64,000 nucleotides of DNA from an uncultured cyanobacterium (lineage in GTDB: Bacteria > Cyanobacteriota > Cyanobacteriia > Cyanobacteriales > CAWCAG01): contig CAWDOD010000003.1 in the NCBI GenBank assembly GCA_963803805.1, forward strand, positions 320,001 to 384,000, written 5' to 3'. Of this stretch, positions 21,731-30,584 are shown in pieces. How positions within the stretch are numbered: the first letter of the stretch is position 1; the number at the start of each line of letters is the position of its first letter. Both the position numbers and the translations under genes were made by a program. A model generated the notes under the pieces. It searched no databases. It was not told the origin of the DNA and was given only the letters and a program-made list of their open reading frames with translations.

Positions 21731-21889
21731 GTAGGGTGTGTTAGGTGCGTAAACAAAAAATTAATGTATACAATTACATTTGATGTAGCACCGTAACGCA
21801 CCAATATAGTAAAAAGTGGTGCGTTACGGCACAATATATTTCTTTTTGATAAGAAGAAAAATTACTCTAATGTGCCTAACACGCCCTAC
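21731..21889. mobile_element. REPIN-like element: inverted doublet of GTAG-type REP palindromes
   Basis: Ends GTAGGGTGTGTTAGG / CCTAACACGCCCTAC; inner inverted repeat CCGTAACGCACCA / TGGTGCGTTACGG. Confidence 0.75.
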
Positions 21890-22023
21890 ATTCTTCTTAT
21901 TACAGCAAACAAACAATTCCCCAAACTTCGACTCAGTATCCACTCCGTCACCTCAAGGCGAGTCATTTCAGGAAGCAGTGAGAAAAGCAACGAATGCAGC
22001 ACAAATAACTCATGTGATTTAGT

Positions 22024-23319
22024 TTAAATATCTAACCTTTGATAAATCTCATCCAAATGTTGCAAGTGATGTTGTGGATTGAAACAAGCTTCAATATCTT
22101 GAGGGGATAAAAACTCTGTCACTTTGTCATCTTTATTAATTAAGTCATGGAAGTTACCTTCAGGAGTATTCCAAGCTGTATGGGCGCAAGCTTGCACTGT
22201 TGCATAGGCTTCTTCGCGACTCATGCCTTTTTCTACTAAGGTTAGTAATACCCGTTGACTGAAAATTACGCCGCCGTAAACATTCATATTCCGTTTCATA
22301 TTCTCTGGATATACCAACAAGTTTTTCACTAAATTGGTGATTTCCCGCAACATGAAATGGGTGAGAATGCAAGCATCAGGAAGAATAACTCGTTCTACAG
22401 AACTGTGGGAAATGTCTCTTTCATGCCAAAGGGCTACATTCTCTACGGCTGCAACGGCATGACCTCGCACAATCCTAGCCATACCTGTCAAACGTTCAGA
22501 ACGTATGGGATTGCGCTTGTGGGGCATTGCTGAAGAACCCTTTTGTCCTTTAGCAAAAAACTCTTCTACTTCCAAAACATCCGTCTTTTGTAGGTTGCGA
22601 ATTTCTACAGCAAAACGTTCAATGGTGGCTGTAACTAAAGCTAATTGTTGTACATAATTAGCATGGCGATCGCGAGAAATAACTTGAGTCGAAGCAGTAT
22701 CCGGTTCTAAGCCCATTTTTTGACAGGCGATCGCTTCTACTTTCGGGTCAATATTTGCATAGGTTCCCACTGCCCCAGAAATCTTACCCACTGCAATTTC
22801 TTTACGCAAATGAACTAAGCGTTCTCGGTTACGCAACACTTCTGCTAACCAACCTGCTAACTTGAAACCAAAGGTAATTGGTTCAGCATGAATACCGTGG
22901 GAACGCCCAACCATAAAGGTGTTGCGGTGTTGTTGGGCTTGGTAGCGTATGGCTTGGCTTAATTCTTCAATTTTTTCTAAAATCAGGTCTAAACTAGCTA
23001 CCATTTGCAAAGCTAAGGCAGTGTCGAGGACATCAGAACTAGTTAAACCTAAATGAATATATCTCCCAGCATCCCCTACATATTCATTAACATTAGTCAG
23101 AAAAGCAATGACATCATGGCGTACTTCAGCTTCAATTTCTAAGACTCGTTGGGGATCAAAATCGGCCTTTTCCTTAATTTCTGCAACCGCTTCTATGGGA
23201 ATATAACCCAATTCCCCCTGTGCCTCACAAACTGCAATTTCTACTTTTAACCAAGTTTTTAGTTTATAGGTTTCTGTCCACAATGCGCCCATTTCGGGCA
23301 AAGTATAGCGCTCAATCAC
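22024..23319 (-). CDS. purB: Adenylosuccinate lyase
   Basis: MIERY start, GRSHGIHAEP and GSSAMPHKRNP motifs. Confidence 0.98.
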   Translation of the reverse strand: MIERYTLPEMGALWTETYKLKTWLKVEIAVCEAQGELGYIPIEAVAEIKEKADFDPQRVLEIEAEVRHDVIAFLTNVNEYVGDAGRYIHLGLTSSDVLDTALALQMVASLDLILEKIEELSQAIRYQAQQHRNTFMVGRSHGIHAEPITFGFKLAGWLAEVLRNRERLVHLRKEIAVGKISGAVGTYANIDPKVEAIACQKMGLEPDTASTQVISRDRHANYVQQLALVTATIERFAVEIRNLQKTDVLEVEEFFAKGQKGSSAMPHKRNPIRSERLTGMARIVRGHAVAAVENVALWHERDISHSSVERVILPDACILTHFMLREITNLVKNLLVYPENMKRNMNVYGGVIFSQRVLLTLVEKGMSREEAYATVQACAHTAWNTPEGNFHDLINKDDKVTEFLSPQDIEACFNPQHHLQHLDEIYQRLDI

Positions 23320-23467
23320 AGTTTATACAGGGGAAATATAACCGTCATATTGTAACTGAATTAAGGGAGCTAGGGAATAGTCACTCTTTCAATAGTCAAT
23401 AGGGGAAAGGGAAAAGTAGGTACTTGGGCAGAATTAATTTAATGTTTCCTTGAGTCTTTCCCTCTCT

Positions 23468-23764
23468 CTAGCCTTCTTCTGTGTTAAGAATCTTTGGTAC
23501 TCGGAAAAATTCATCGCTGCGATCTGGGGCTTCTTCTAAAAGTGCTTCTTTATAACCAAAGGGTTCTAATTCGTCAGGGCGGGTAATATTACTAGTATCA
23601 ATTGCCCTAGTAGTAGGAGGAACATCTTTTGTATCTAGTTCGCTAAGCTGTTCAAAGTACTCTAGAATATCACTCAACTGGGTAGCAAACTGCCCTTCTT
23701 CTTCTGTGGTAATAGCCAAACGAGCTAAATTAGCTACTTTTTTTACTTCTTCGCGGTCTATCAT
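23468..23764 (-). CDS. gatC: Asp/Glu-tRNA amidotransferase subunit C
   Basis: VKKVANLARL ... FFRVPKI. Confidence 0.96.
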   Translation of the reverse strand: MIDREEVKKVANLARLAITTEEEGQFATQLSDILEYFEQLSELDTKDVPPTTRAIDTSNITRPDELEPFGYKEALLEEAPDRSDEFFRVPKILNTEEG

Positions 23765-23893
23765 AAGCTGAGGGAGTAGAGTTAATTAAAAATTAAAAAT
23801 TGCTCATTTATTGTAGAGGCAGGTTCTGCTAGATTTATGCTAGTTCCTGAAATCTAGATAAACCCGCCTTCACATAGTGCTTCTTAAGGGGAG

Positions 23894-24415
23894 TTAGAAA
23901 AAGACATCCATTTCTGAACGTCCTGTAATTTTCAGCCAGTTTTGAGCTTCAATATAATTGTTGGGGGCTAAGCGAATAGCTTGTTTCCAGTATTCAGCAG
24001 CTTTATTATAAAGTGCTTCTGCTTTGTCACTATTACCATCAAATTTAGCTTGTTCCCCAAGATGGTGGTGAATGACGGCAATATTATTGAGTGCCTGGGG
24101 CATACGAGGATTAAGATCGATAGCTTCGTTATAATATTCTAAAGCTTCTTCATGTTCACCATTGCTAGCTTTAATTAAACCAATATTGTAGAGAATATAA
24201 CTGCGATCATTAGCATCTTCTTCTAACTTCAAGGCTTCAAAATAGTTATCCAAAGCTTCTGCATATTCTCCATCAGCTTGGGCTGCCATGCCATCTCTAT
24301 AATAAGCAAAAGCTTCTTTAGACTGTTTATTAGTGGGCATGACTTTCAGGATGATGTCTGCCATAACAGTAAAGGTTTTATCAATAAAGTTATCGTTACG
24401 TTGAGTTCTCGGCAT
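23894..24415 (-). CDS. ycf3: Photosystem I assembly protein Ycf3
   Basis: [15 protein letters not shown] start, TPRs and [10 protein letters not shown]. Confidence 0.98.
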   Translation of the reverse strand: MPRTQRNDNFIDKTFTVMADIILKVMPTNKQSKEAFAYYRDGMAAQADGEYAEALDNYFEALKLEEDANDRSYILYNIGLIKASNGEHEEALEYYNEAIDLNPRMPQALNNIAVIHHHLGEQAKFDGNSDKAEALYNKAAEYWKQAIRLAPNNYIEAQNWLKITGRSEMDVFF

Positions 24416-24515
24416 AGTAATACCATTTATTATTTGCCATTAATAATAACGTTTCTCTGGTCAAGAGCGATTCGCAAAATCTCCCCTTACCCTTTCCCCT
24501 TTAAGCCTCACAAAA

Positions 24516-26357
24516 CTACTCCTCTTCCAATTCTGGCTTAGGTTTCTTCTCCAAGGGTAGTTCTTCAGGAACTTTAGGTTCTTTAGGTTCTTTAGGTTCT
24601 TGATTTTTCGCTTCTTCTTCTTCTTGGGCTTTACTCTGACTGGCTTTGTTCCCTAAATTTTCAAATTTTCTACGCCAATAGGGATTATTTGGGGGGCTAT
24701 TTGTAGCTGAAATCGCCTCATCCCAATCTCCCCGATTAAAAGCAGCTTCAGCTTGTTCAAATTGCGCTTCTGCGGCTGCCCAGTCGTTACTCCAAGTTTC
24801 AATAGTTCTTTGGGCTTCTCGATAGGCAGAACTATTGGCAGGTATGGAACTTAATTCCCTAATTGCCCCTGGTAAATCTCCTTGCTGATACTTTTCCCTC
24901 GCAGCCGCAACTATGGCATTGCCATTATCAACAGGTTGTGGTTTGGGTTTTGGTGTAGGAGATGGAGATGAAGATGGTTTTGGTGTAGGAGTTGGGGCAG
25001 CTACTGGTTCTACATCTACTTCACAATTAAGATAGTCACTATATACCCAACCACGGGGCTTGTTGATTTCTACCCATTTCCCTTCATTTTTACCAGAAAG
25101 AGAAACCTTAGTGCCATTTTTCACTTCTCCCACCTGTTCTCCATTAACATTAGGATTATCACGAACGTTCAAAGCTGGTTGGGCGTTTACTGTACACTTT
25201 TCGGTAGCATTGCCAATCAAGCTACCATCTTCTGGGAATAAGGAAACTATTTGTTCCCTGGCTGCAAAAGCAATACCAACCCCTGCCGCCACTAAGATAG
25301 CTAATAAGCTTCCTAAAAGTAGGGGGGCGCTATCGGGGCGGTTAGGGCCAATAGATGAAGGTATAGACGTTTGGGGAGAAGTTGGTTGTCTTGGTGGTGT
25401 AACTGCTACGGTTTGCTTTTGGGATAAGGGGTTTTGGGTGGAAGGTTTGTAGTGAGGAAGCTTGGGGAGAGAGTTATCTGAAACTTCTGGCTGATAAACA
25501 CGGGGAGAAGTTGGAGAAGTGGCAGGGGCTATTCCCGAATTAAGCTGTTCAAGTCTTTGCAATACTTCCGAGGCTGATTGATAGCGATCGCGGAAATGGT
25601 ACATAACCATACCATTTAAAATTGCTGCTAGTCCGGGGCTAACTTGGGCCCTTTGTTGCCAGAGAATTTCTCCTGTGTGGGGGTCATATTGAAATGCCAT
25701 CGGTTGAATTCCGGTGAGGGCTTGGATAGCAATCACCCCCAAGGCATAAATATCACTATTGGGACGAGGTTGTCCCCTAGCTTGTTCGCTAGGCATATAA
25801 CCAGGAGTTCCTACAGCAACGGTTTTAGTTACAGATTTGTCGATGAGTAAGGTTTGATTGCTGAGTTGCTTAACCGCCCCAAAATCCACTAAAACTATAT
25901 GGTTATCTGCTTTTCTTCGTAGTAGGTTATCTGGTTTAACGTCTCGGTGAATGACTCCTTGTTTATGGACAAAATCTAAGATAGGCAAAACATCTTGGAG
26001 GAGTGCTTTAACTTTTGTTTCGGTCCAAGGTTTACCGGGGATTAATTCATCAGAGAGATTATGACCATCAATAAAATCTTGGACTAAATAAAATTCTTGA
26101 TTTTCTTCAAAATAAGCTAATAATCTGGGAATTTGGGGATGATTGCCCACTTTTTCTAGACTTTCAGCTTCGGTATTAAATAAACGCCTCGCTGCGAGTA
26201 AAAAGTTAGCATCTCTAGTAGCGGGTTCGAGTTGTTTCACTACACAAACAGGATTGCCTGGCCGCCTCGTGTCTTGGGCCACATAGGTTTTACCAAAACC
26301 ACCTGCACCTAATACCTTAACAACTTGATATCGCCCGTCGAGTAACTTACCTATCAT
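24516..26357 (-). CDS. Membrane Ser/Thr kinase (Pkn2-type) with SH3b and helical-repeat extracytoplasmic part
   Basis: GAGGFG, VVK, HRDVKPDN, DFG and GTPGYMPSE motifs; TM; LNVR...GWV SH3b. Confidence 0.92.
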   Translation of the reverse strand: MIGKLLDGRYQVVKVLGAGGFGKTYVAQDTRRPGNPVCVVKQLEPATRDANFLLAARRLFNTEAESLEKVGNHPQIPRLLAYFEENQEFYLVQDFIDGHNLSDELIPGKPWTETKVKALLQDVLPILDFVHKQGVIHRDVKPDNLLRRKADNHIVLVDFGAVKQLSNQTLLIDKSVTKTVAVGTPGYMPSEQARGQPRPNSDIYALGVIAIQALTGIQPMAFQYDPHTGEILWQQRAQVSPGLAAILNGMVMYHFRDRYQSASEVLQRLEQLNSGIAPATSPTSPRVYQPEVSDNSLPKLPHYKPSTQNPLSQKQTVAVTPPRQPTSPQTSIPSSIGPNRPDSAPLLLGSLLAILVAAGVGIAFAAREQIVSLFPEDGSLIGNATEKCTVNAQPALNVRDNPNVNGEQVGEVKNGTKVSLSGKNEGKWVEINKPRGWVYSDYLNCEVDVEPVAAPTPTPKPSSSPSPTPKPKPQPVDNGNAIVAAAREKYQQGDLPGAIRELSSIPANSSAYREAQRTIETWSNDWAAAEAQFEQAEAAFNRGDWDEAISATNSPPNNPYWRRKFENLGNKASQSKAQEEEEAKNQEPKEPKEPKVPEELPLEKKPKPELEEE

Positions 26358-26416
26358 TTCGAGGATTTGCTTAAGAGGTTAAAATTACATACTGACATAT
26401 CTAGCTAAGGTCAGGT

Positions 26417-27181
26417 TTATTTTTTTTCTTTAAAAGGGCTTTCTGCTTCGAGTTGTTTGATCTGTTTTTGTAGGGCAGTTAATTTTAAGCGTAGTTGAGA
26501 ATCTTCCTGGATATCAAGAAGGCGACAGAGGCGATCGCGCATTTTTTGGTGATGTCTTAAGGTTGTGTCCCAATCTCCTTGTAAACCGTAGCTACGACTA
26601 TTGATTTGTTCTTCTGGCAAGCAGAAAAATACGCCACCATCAGTACGTTGAATACTTCCTTCCCAAAGGTCAAAAACCCTAGCATTGCCTGTAATAGGGC
26701 TATTGCTATTTTGACTGCCATAGATATGAAGACTTAAAAATTCTGATTGTCCTGAGTTACCCATTTGGTGAATAAGTTCGCCATCAACTAATTTTACTTC
26801 TTGGGGTGCAAAGTCTATTCTTTTGGTGGTTCGCAGTATGCCATGTCTAAATTTATAAACGTAATGTTCTGCTATACCAAAACATTGTACTGCACCCCAT
26901 TGAGTGCAACCGTGATCATGAATGGCACTATAATCCCCTGGACTCCAGGACATGACCATGACTTCAAAATGACCTCCATCGTAGACTAGCTGGCGACCAT
27001 AGCTATCAGGAAGGGGATGATTAAAGTTTGCCCAAGGCATTAATTCTTGCGGTGCAATGTTGGCTTTTAAGATGCAGTTACGAACCCCTTCCGGAGTTAA
27101 AATCGAATGTTTTTTCAAACTATTAATTAGCGATTGCAAACTCTTGGGTAGCAATGGAGTTGCATTAGTAGCTTGAATCAT
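26417..27181 (-). CDS. Cysteine dioxygenase-type cupin
   Basis: SYGRQLV, WSPGDYSAIHDHG, IHQMGN and SLHIY motifs. Confidence 0.8.
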   Translation of the reverse strand: MIQATNATPLLPKSLQSLINSLKKHSILTPEGVRNCILKANIAPQELMPWANFNHPLPDSYGRQLVYDGGHFEVMVMSWSPGDYSAIHDHGCTQWGAVQCFGIAEHYVYKFRHGILRTTKRIDFAPQEVKLVDGELIHQMGNSGQSEFLSLHIYGSQNSNSPITGNARVFDLWEGSIQRTDGGVFFCLPEEQINSRSYGLQGDWDTTLRHHQKMRDRLCRLLDIQEDSQLRLKLTALQKQIKQLEAESPFKEKK

Positions 27182-27506
27182 TTTTCTAATCCTTTAACTA
27201 ATTTATTTCTAAGGTAGAAACTAATACTTAAAGAAATCTGATAAATGTTCATTTTAGCCTTAGAATAGTTTGAGCAAATTCTTAGGTAATCCTCATCTAA
27301 AGTATAAATAGTGAACCTATGCTAACTATGATAATTTTAGTAATTTACATATGATATAGATGTAAAACGACATAGATATGAAGGCTTAGAGGCCAGTGCT
27401 TATGAAAGCTGGACTAATTTAGTCAGCGCTGGGGGAAATATGCTTCAGAAGTTGGAGAGAAACATAAAATTAATTTTGCTTAAGTACTTACCTATGGTTA
27501 TCTTGC

Positions 27507-27535
27507 TTGACGAAAAGAAGACCTTTTGTTAAAGT
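27507..27535 (+). promoter_or_regulatory. Sigma70-type promoter of the aromatic leader / DAHP synthase transcript
   Basis: TTGACG-17 nt-TAAAGT with an extended TGn. Confidence 0.65.
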
Positions 27536-27562
27536 AAGCAAAGCTATTAGATATCGTCAATA

Positions 27563-27619
27563 ATGTTCTCCAGTTTCCAGGATTTTTACTTTTGGTTTAA
27601 ATCGGTTCGCCGCGAGTGA
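27563..27619 (+). CDS. Aromatic-rich leader peptide 1, MFSSFQDFYFWFKSVRRE
   Basis: 18 codons with 5 Phe, 1 Tyr and 1 Trp; its 3' part can pair with the 5' arm of the downstream terminator. Confidence 0.8.
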   Translation: MFSSFQDFYFWFKSVRRE

Positions 27620-27647
27620 ATCTAGCTTTGTCTGGAATCTCCCGGTG

Positions 27648-27677
27648 GACCGCAGAATTAAAACTGCGGTCTTTTTT
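27648..27677 (+). terminator. Attenuator terminator 1
   Basis: GACCGCAG-loop-CTGCGGTC followed by TTTTTT. Confidence 0.85.
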
Positions 27678-27713
27678 ATTGCTCGAATTTTCCCAACTCC
27701 GTTCCAAAACACC

Positions 27714-27770
27714 ATGAGTTTCTACTTTTATTACTTTCACTTTTTTTGGCCTAGACAAAGTTCCGGGTAG
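27714..27770 (+). CDS. Aromatic-rich leader peptide 2, MSFYFYYFHFFWPRQSSG
   Basis: 18 codons with 5 Phe, 3 Tyr and 1 Trp; AAGTTCCGGG duplicates the 3' arm of terminator 2. Confidence 0.85.
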   Translation: MSFYFYYFHFFWPRQSSG

Positions 27771-27794
27771 ATAGCCTCATGCCGTTGTTTTATC

Positions 27795-27828
27795 AAGCCT
27801 GGAACTGAATCAAGTTCCGGGCTTTTTT
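27795..27828 (+). terminator. Attenuator terminator 2
   Basis: AAGCCTGGAACT-loop-AGTTCCGGGCTT followed by TTTT. Confidence 0.85.
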
Positions 27829-27866
27829 ATTGTCCTACTACTATAAATTAAAGGAATCATTGCTTC

Positions 27867-28724
27867 ATGTTAGGTGCTAAACTCGCCCTCAAATCTCTAT
27901 CTCAACCCACAAGTCTGATCAACATATCCGATCAAGTTACCATCGGTGGTTCAGAAATTGTTATTATTGGTGGCCCCTGTGCGGTAGAAAATTTAGAGCA
28001 AATGGAAACTGTTGCAGAAAAACTTGCAGCAACTTCAGTACAAGCTTTGCGGGGTGGAGTCTATAAACCTCGCACCTCTCCCTACTCTTTTCAAGGATTA
28101 GGTAAAGAAGGATTAGATATTTTTACTACTATTAAGAATCGTTGGCATATACCTGTTGTTTCAGAAGTTATGGCTATTAGTCAAATTGAAGAGATGACTG
28201 CTTGTATCGATATGTTCCAAGTTGGTAGTCGTAATATGCAAAACTTTGATTTGTTGAAAGCTTTAGGACAAGCAGGGAAGCCAGTATTACTTAAACGAGG
28301 TTTGGCTGCAACCCTAGAAGAATTTATTTTCGCCGCAGAATATATTTTAAGTCACGGTAACTCCCAAGTTGTTTTTTGCGAAAGGGGTATCCGTAGCTTT
28401 GATAATTACACTCGTAATGTTTTAGATTTGGGTACGGTAGCAGCTTTAAAACAGTTAACTCACTTACCTGTAATTGTTGATCCTTCCCACGCCGCCGGGA
28501 GAAGAGAGTTAATTGCGCCTTTGGCTAAAGCGGCGATCGCCTGTGGTGCTGATGGTTTGATTATCGAATGTCACCCCACCCCCAAAGAGTCTATTTCTGA
28601 TGCTAGTCAAGCTCTTTCTTTAGAAGAAATGGTAAGTTTAGTTGCTGATCTCAAACCTATTGCTAAAGCAGTAGAACGCAATATAGCAACTTCATCACCT
28701 AGTCGTGAACTTTCTTTAGTTTAG
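27867..28724 (+). CDS. aroF: DAHP synthase, type I-beta, catalytic domain only
   Basis: IGGPCAVE, RGGVYKPRTS, GSRNMQNF, CERGIR and DPSHAAG motifs. Confidence 0.92.
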   Translation: MLGAKLALKSLSQPTSLINISDQVTIGGSEIVIIGGPCAVENLEQMETVAEKLAATSVQALRGGVYKPRTSPYSFQGLGKEGLDIFTTIKNRWHIPVVSEVMAISQIEEMTACIDMFQVGSRNMQNFDLLKALGQAGKPVLLKRGLAATLEEFIFAAEYILSHGNSQVVFCERGIRSFDNYTRNVLDLGTVAALKQLTHLPVIVDPSHAAGRRELIAPLAKAAIACGADGLIIECHPTPKESISDASQALSLEEMVSLVADLKPIAKAVERNIATSSPSRELSLV

Positions 28725-28730
28725 CTTTCC

Positions 28731-28772
28731 GGTTGGCAGTTTCCTGGATTCAACATTCAGCCTCTGCCAACC
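28731..28772. terminator. Hairpin downstream of the DAHP synthase
   Basis: GGTTGGCAG ... CTGCCAACC, between convergent genes. Confidence 0.5.
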
Positions 28773-28835
28773 TTCTACAACGATAATCTAAATTCATATC
28801 CTAAATTAAGCAATGCCAAAAAAGCTTTGCAGTAT

Positions 28836-29267
28836 CTAATCCAAATAAGCAAAAAAGCCTTCAGGAACAAGTCGCAATTCCCTACAACTAAACTTATTTA
28901 TATCTACCCAAAGAGCCTTTTTCTTTTTCTTCCCTTCCTGAAAAATCATTTCTGTTAACTCATAGAACTTATTATCTTTAAAATCGCACTGATAAAGTTG
29001 AATGATTTCATGACCAGTCTCTCCATCGCAAGTAAAAATATTTTCCAAACAACTAAGATATTTAATATTTGTTAATTCTGCTTGTATTTCTTCTTGAAAC
29101 TCTCTTTGTAAAGCTTCTAAACTAGTTTCACCAAAATCTACGCCACCTCCCAAAGCACGGTAAAACATATCTTTTTTAAAAGAGTCATGTCCCTCAGAAA
29201 CAAAGATGCGATCGCCCTCACGAATCAAACCCAAAGCAATAACCCGTATTTTCTTTTTCTTGGTCAT
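28836..29267 (-). CDS. NUDIX hydrolase
   Basis: Nudix box GGGVDFGETSLEALQREFQEEI; likely start MTKKKK at 29267. Confidence 0.9.
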   Translation of the reverse strand: MTKKKKIRVIALGLIREGDRIFVSEGHDSFKKDMFYRALGGGVDFGETSLEALQREFQEEIQAELTNIKYLSCLENIFTCDGETGHEIIQLYQCDFKDNKFYELTEMIFQEGKKKKKALWVDINKFSCRELRLVPEGFFAYLD

Positions 29268-29300
29268 CTCCAAATATCCATAACAAAGTAGATACAACTT

Positions 29301-29386
29301 TATAGCAATTCTCGTGCTTGTTAGGTACAAAAAACCTCGGTTTGGGGAACACAGAAATGTACCTCATGAATCTGAGAAACGCTATA
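29301..29386. mobile_element. 86-bp MITE-like element with TATAGC termini
   Basis: Left end TATAGCAATTCTC...AGGTACA and right end TGTACCT...GAGAAACGCTATA form an imperfect 29-bp TIR (20/29). Confidence 0.7.
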
Positions 29387-29415
29387 TTACTTCTATTGAC
29401 TATTGAAAGGCAGTA

Positions 29416-29859
29416 TCATTCATAAAATAAAGATTCACTCTTTGCATCAACAGGCCAATCTTCATTTTCTCCCCCTATAATAACTCTGCTAATCTGCACA
29501 TATTCTTTATTAAATTGCCTCAAAGCGTTGAGCAAAATATCCAAACTAATTAAATCACTGGTTCCCAAATCAAACCAACAACGACCCCATAATCCCAAAT
29601 AATCAAACTCTCCCATATTGTGCATAGGAGACATAAGACTATTTTCTGCTGCCTCGTTGTCATATTCCAAGTAACTTAGATCAATGCCAGTATCTTGTAC
29701 CTGCAAACTTTCAGCATTGAATCCTCCTAACTTACCAAGGAAAAACCAAGAGTTAAAAACTTCTTCAACAAACTGTTTTTCTCTCTGGGCAGGAACAGTC
29801 TCAAACTCTAGCCAAATCCACAGATCAAAAGGGTTAAATTCACGAAATTGTACTTCCAT
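29416..29859 (-). CDS. DUF3531 family protein
   Basis: MEVQFREFNPFDLWIWLEF, LGKLGGFNA and WFDLGTSD motifs. Confidence 0.85.
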   Translation of the reverse strand: MEVQFREFNPFDLWIWLEFETVPAQREKQFVEEVFNSWFFLGKLGGFNAESLQVQDTGIDLSYLEYDNEAAENSLMSPMHNMGEFDYLGLWGRCWFDLGTSDLISLDILLNALRQFNKEYVQISRVIIGGENEDWPVDAKSESLFYE

Positions 29860-29894
29860 AAAAGATTAGCTAAGTTAATATTAAATAGTTCTTT

Positions 29895-30431
29895 TTAACG
29901 CAGTTTGTTTGTGTTATCTACCAAACTTTGAGCAAATTTATCGAAGCGTTGAGACAGCTTTTCATCAACTAGCTTACCTTCCTCATCAAAAGCTTGCCAA
30001 GCTTGACCAATAGCAATCTGTTCAGGAATTACCCAACCATGAACCCAACGTACAATTATGCGCAAGCTATTAAGAGCATTGCTGTTAGACTGTCCTCCCA
30101 AAACGCTAATTAAGCCTGTTACTTTACCGGAAAGATGCTCAAAACTCAATAGATCCAAAGCATTCTTTAAAACGCCACTCACACTACCATGATACTCCGG
30201 AGTTGCCAAAATCAAACCGTCGGCTTCTTTAACTTTGTTACGCAGCTTTTCGACATCAGGATAATCAGAATAGTCATCCCCACCATGACAAAAAGGTAGT
30301 TGCATTTGCCGCAAGTCAAGAATTTCTACTTCTGCCCCCAAGGCTTCCACCCTCGCTGTTGCTAGTTCCAAGGCTTTGTAGCTATGGGCATCCGGGCGCA
30401 AACTACCACCGATACCAATGATCTTAACCAT
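29895..30431 (-). CDS. NADPH-dependent FMN reductase
   Basis: GGSLR and ATPEYHGSVSGVLKNALD motifs. Confidence 0.92.
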   Translation of the reverse strand: MVKIIGIGGSLRPDAHSYKALELATARVEALGAEVEILDLRQMQLPFCHGGDDYSDYPDVEKLRNKVKEADGLILATPEYHGSVSGVLKNALDLLSFEHLSGKVTGLISVLGGQSNSNALNSLRIIVRWVHGWVIPEQIAIGQAWQAFDEEGKLVDEKLSQRFDKFAQSLVDNTNKLR

Positions 30432-30584
30432 AAAAATATTCCTCTTTTATGAACTCGTAACGACTATGATTAAATTGTAGCAACTTTTTTTAGTTGTGTC
30501 AGAAAGGGGTTAAGGGGTAAAGGTTAAGGGGTAAACGTGCCATACTGAGTTGTAACCCAACTAGCAATTAGCAATTAGCAAAGT

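Noticed and set aside
21816-22022. 68-aa ORF MVRYGTIYF...
   Set aside because: It starts inside the REPIN palindrome; VRYG and LTRPT are translations of the repeat.
27540-27830. T-box or metabolite riboswitch explanation for the DAHP synthase leader
   Set aside because: There is no full T-box consensus or specifier stem, and the aromatic-codon leader ORFs explain the structure better.
29268-29330. N-terminal extension of the NUDIX ORF in the track
   Set aside because: It begins within a MITE; MTKKKK at 29267 is the plausible start.
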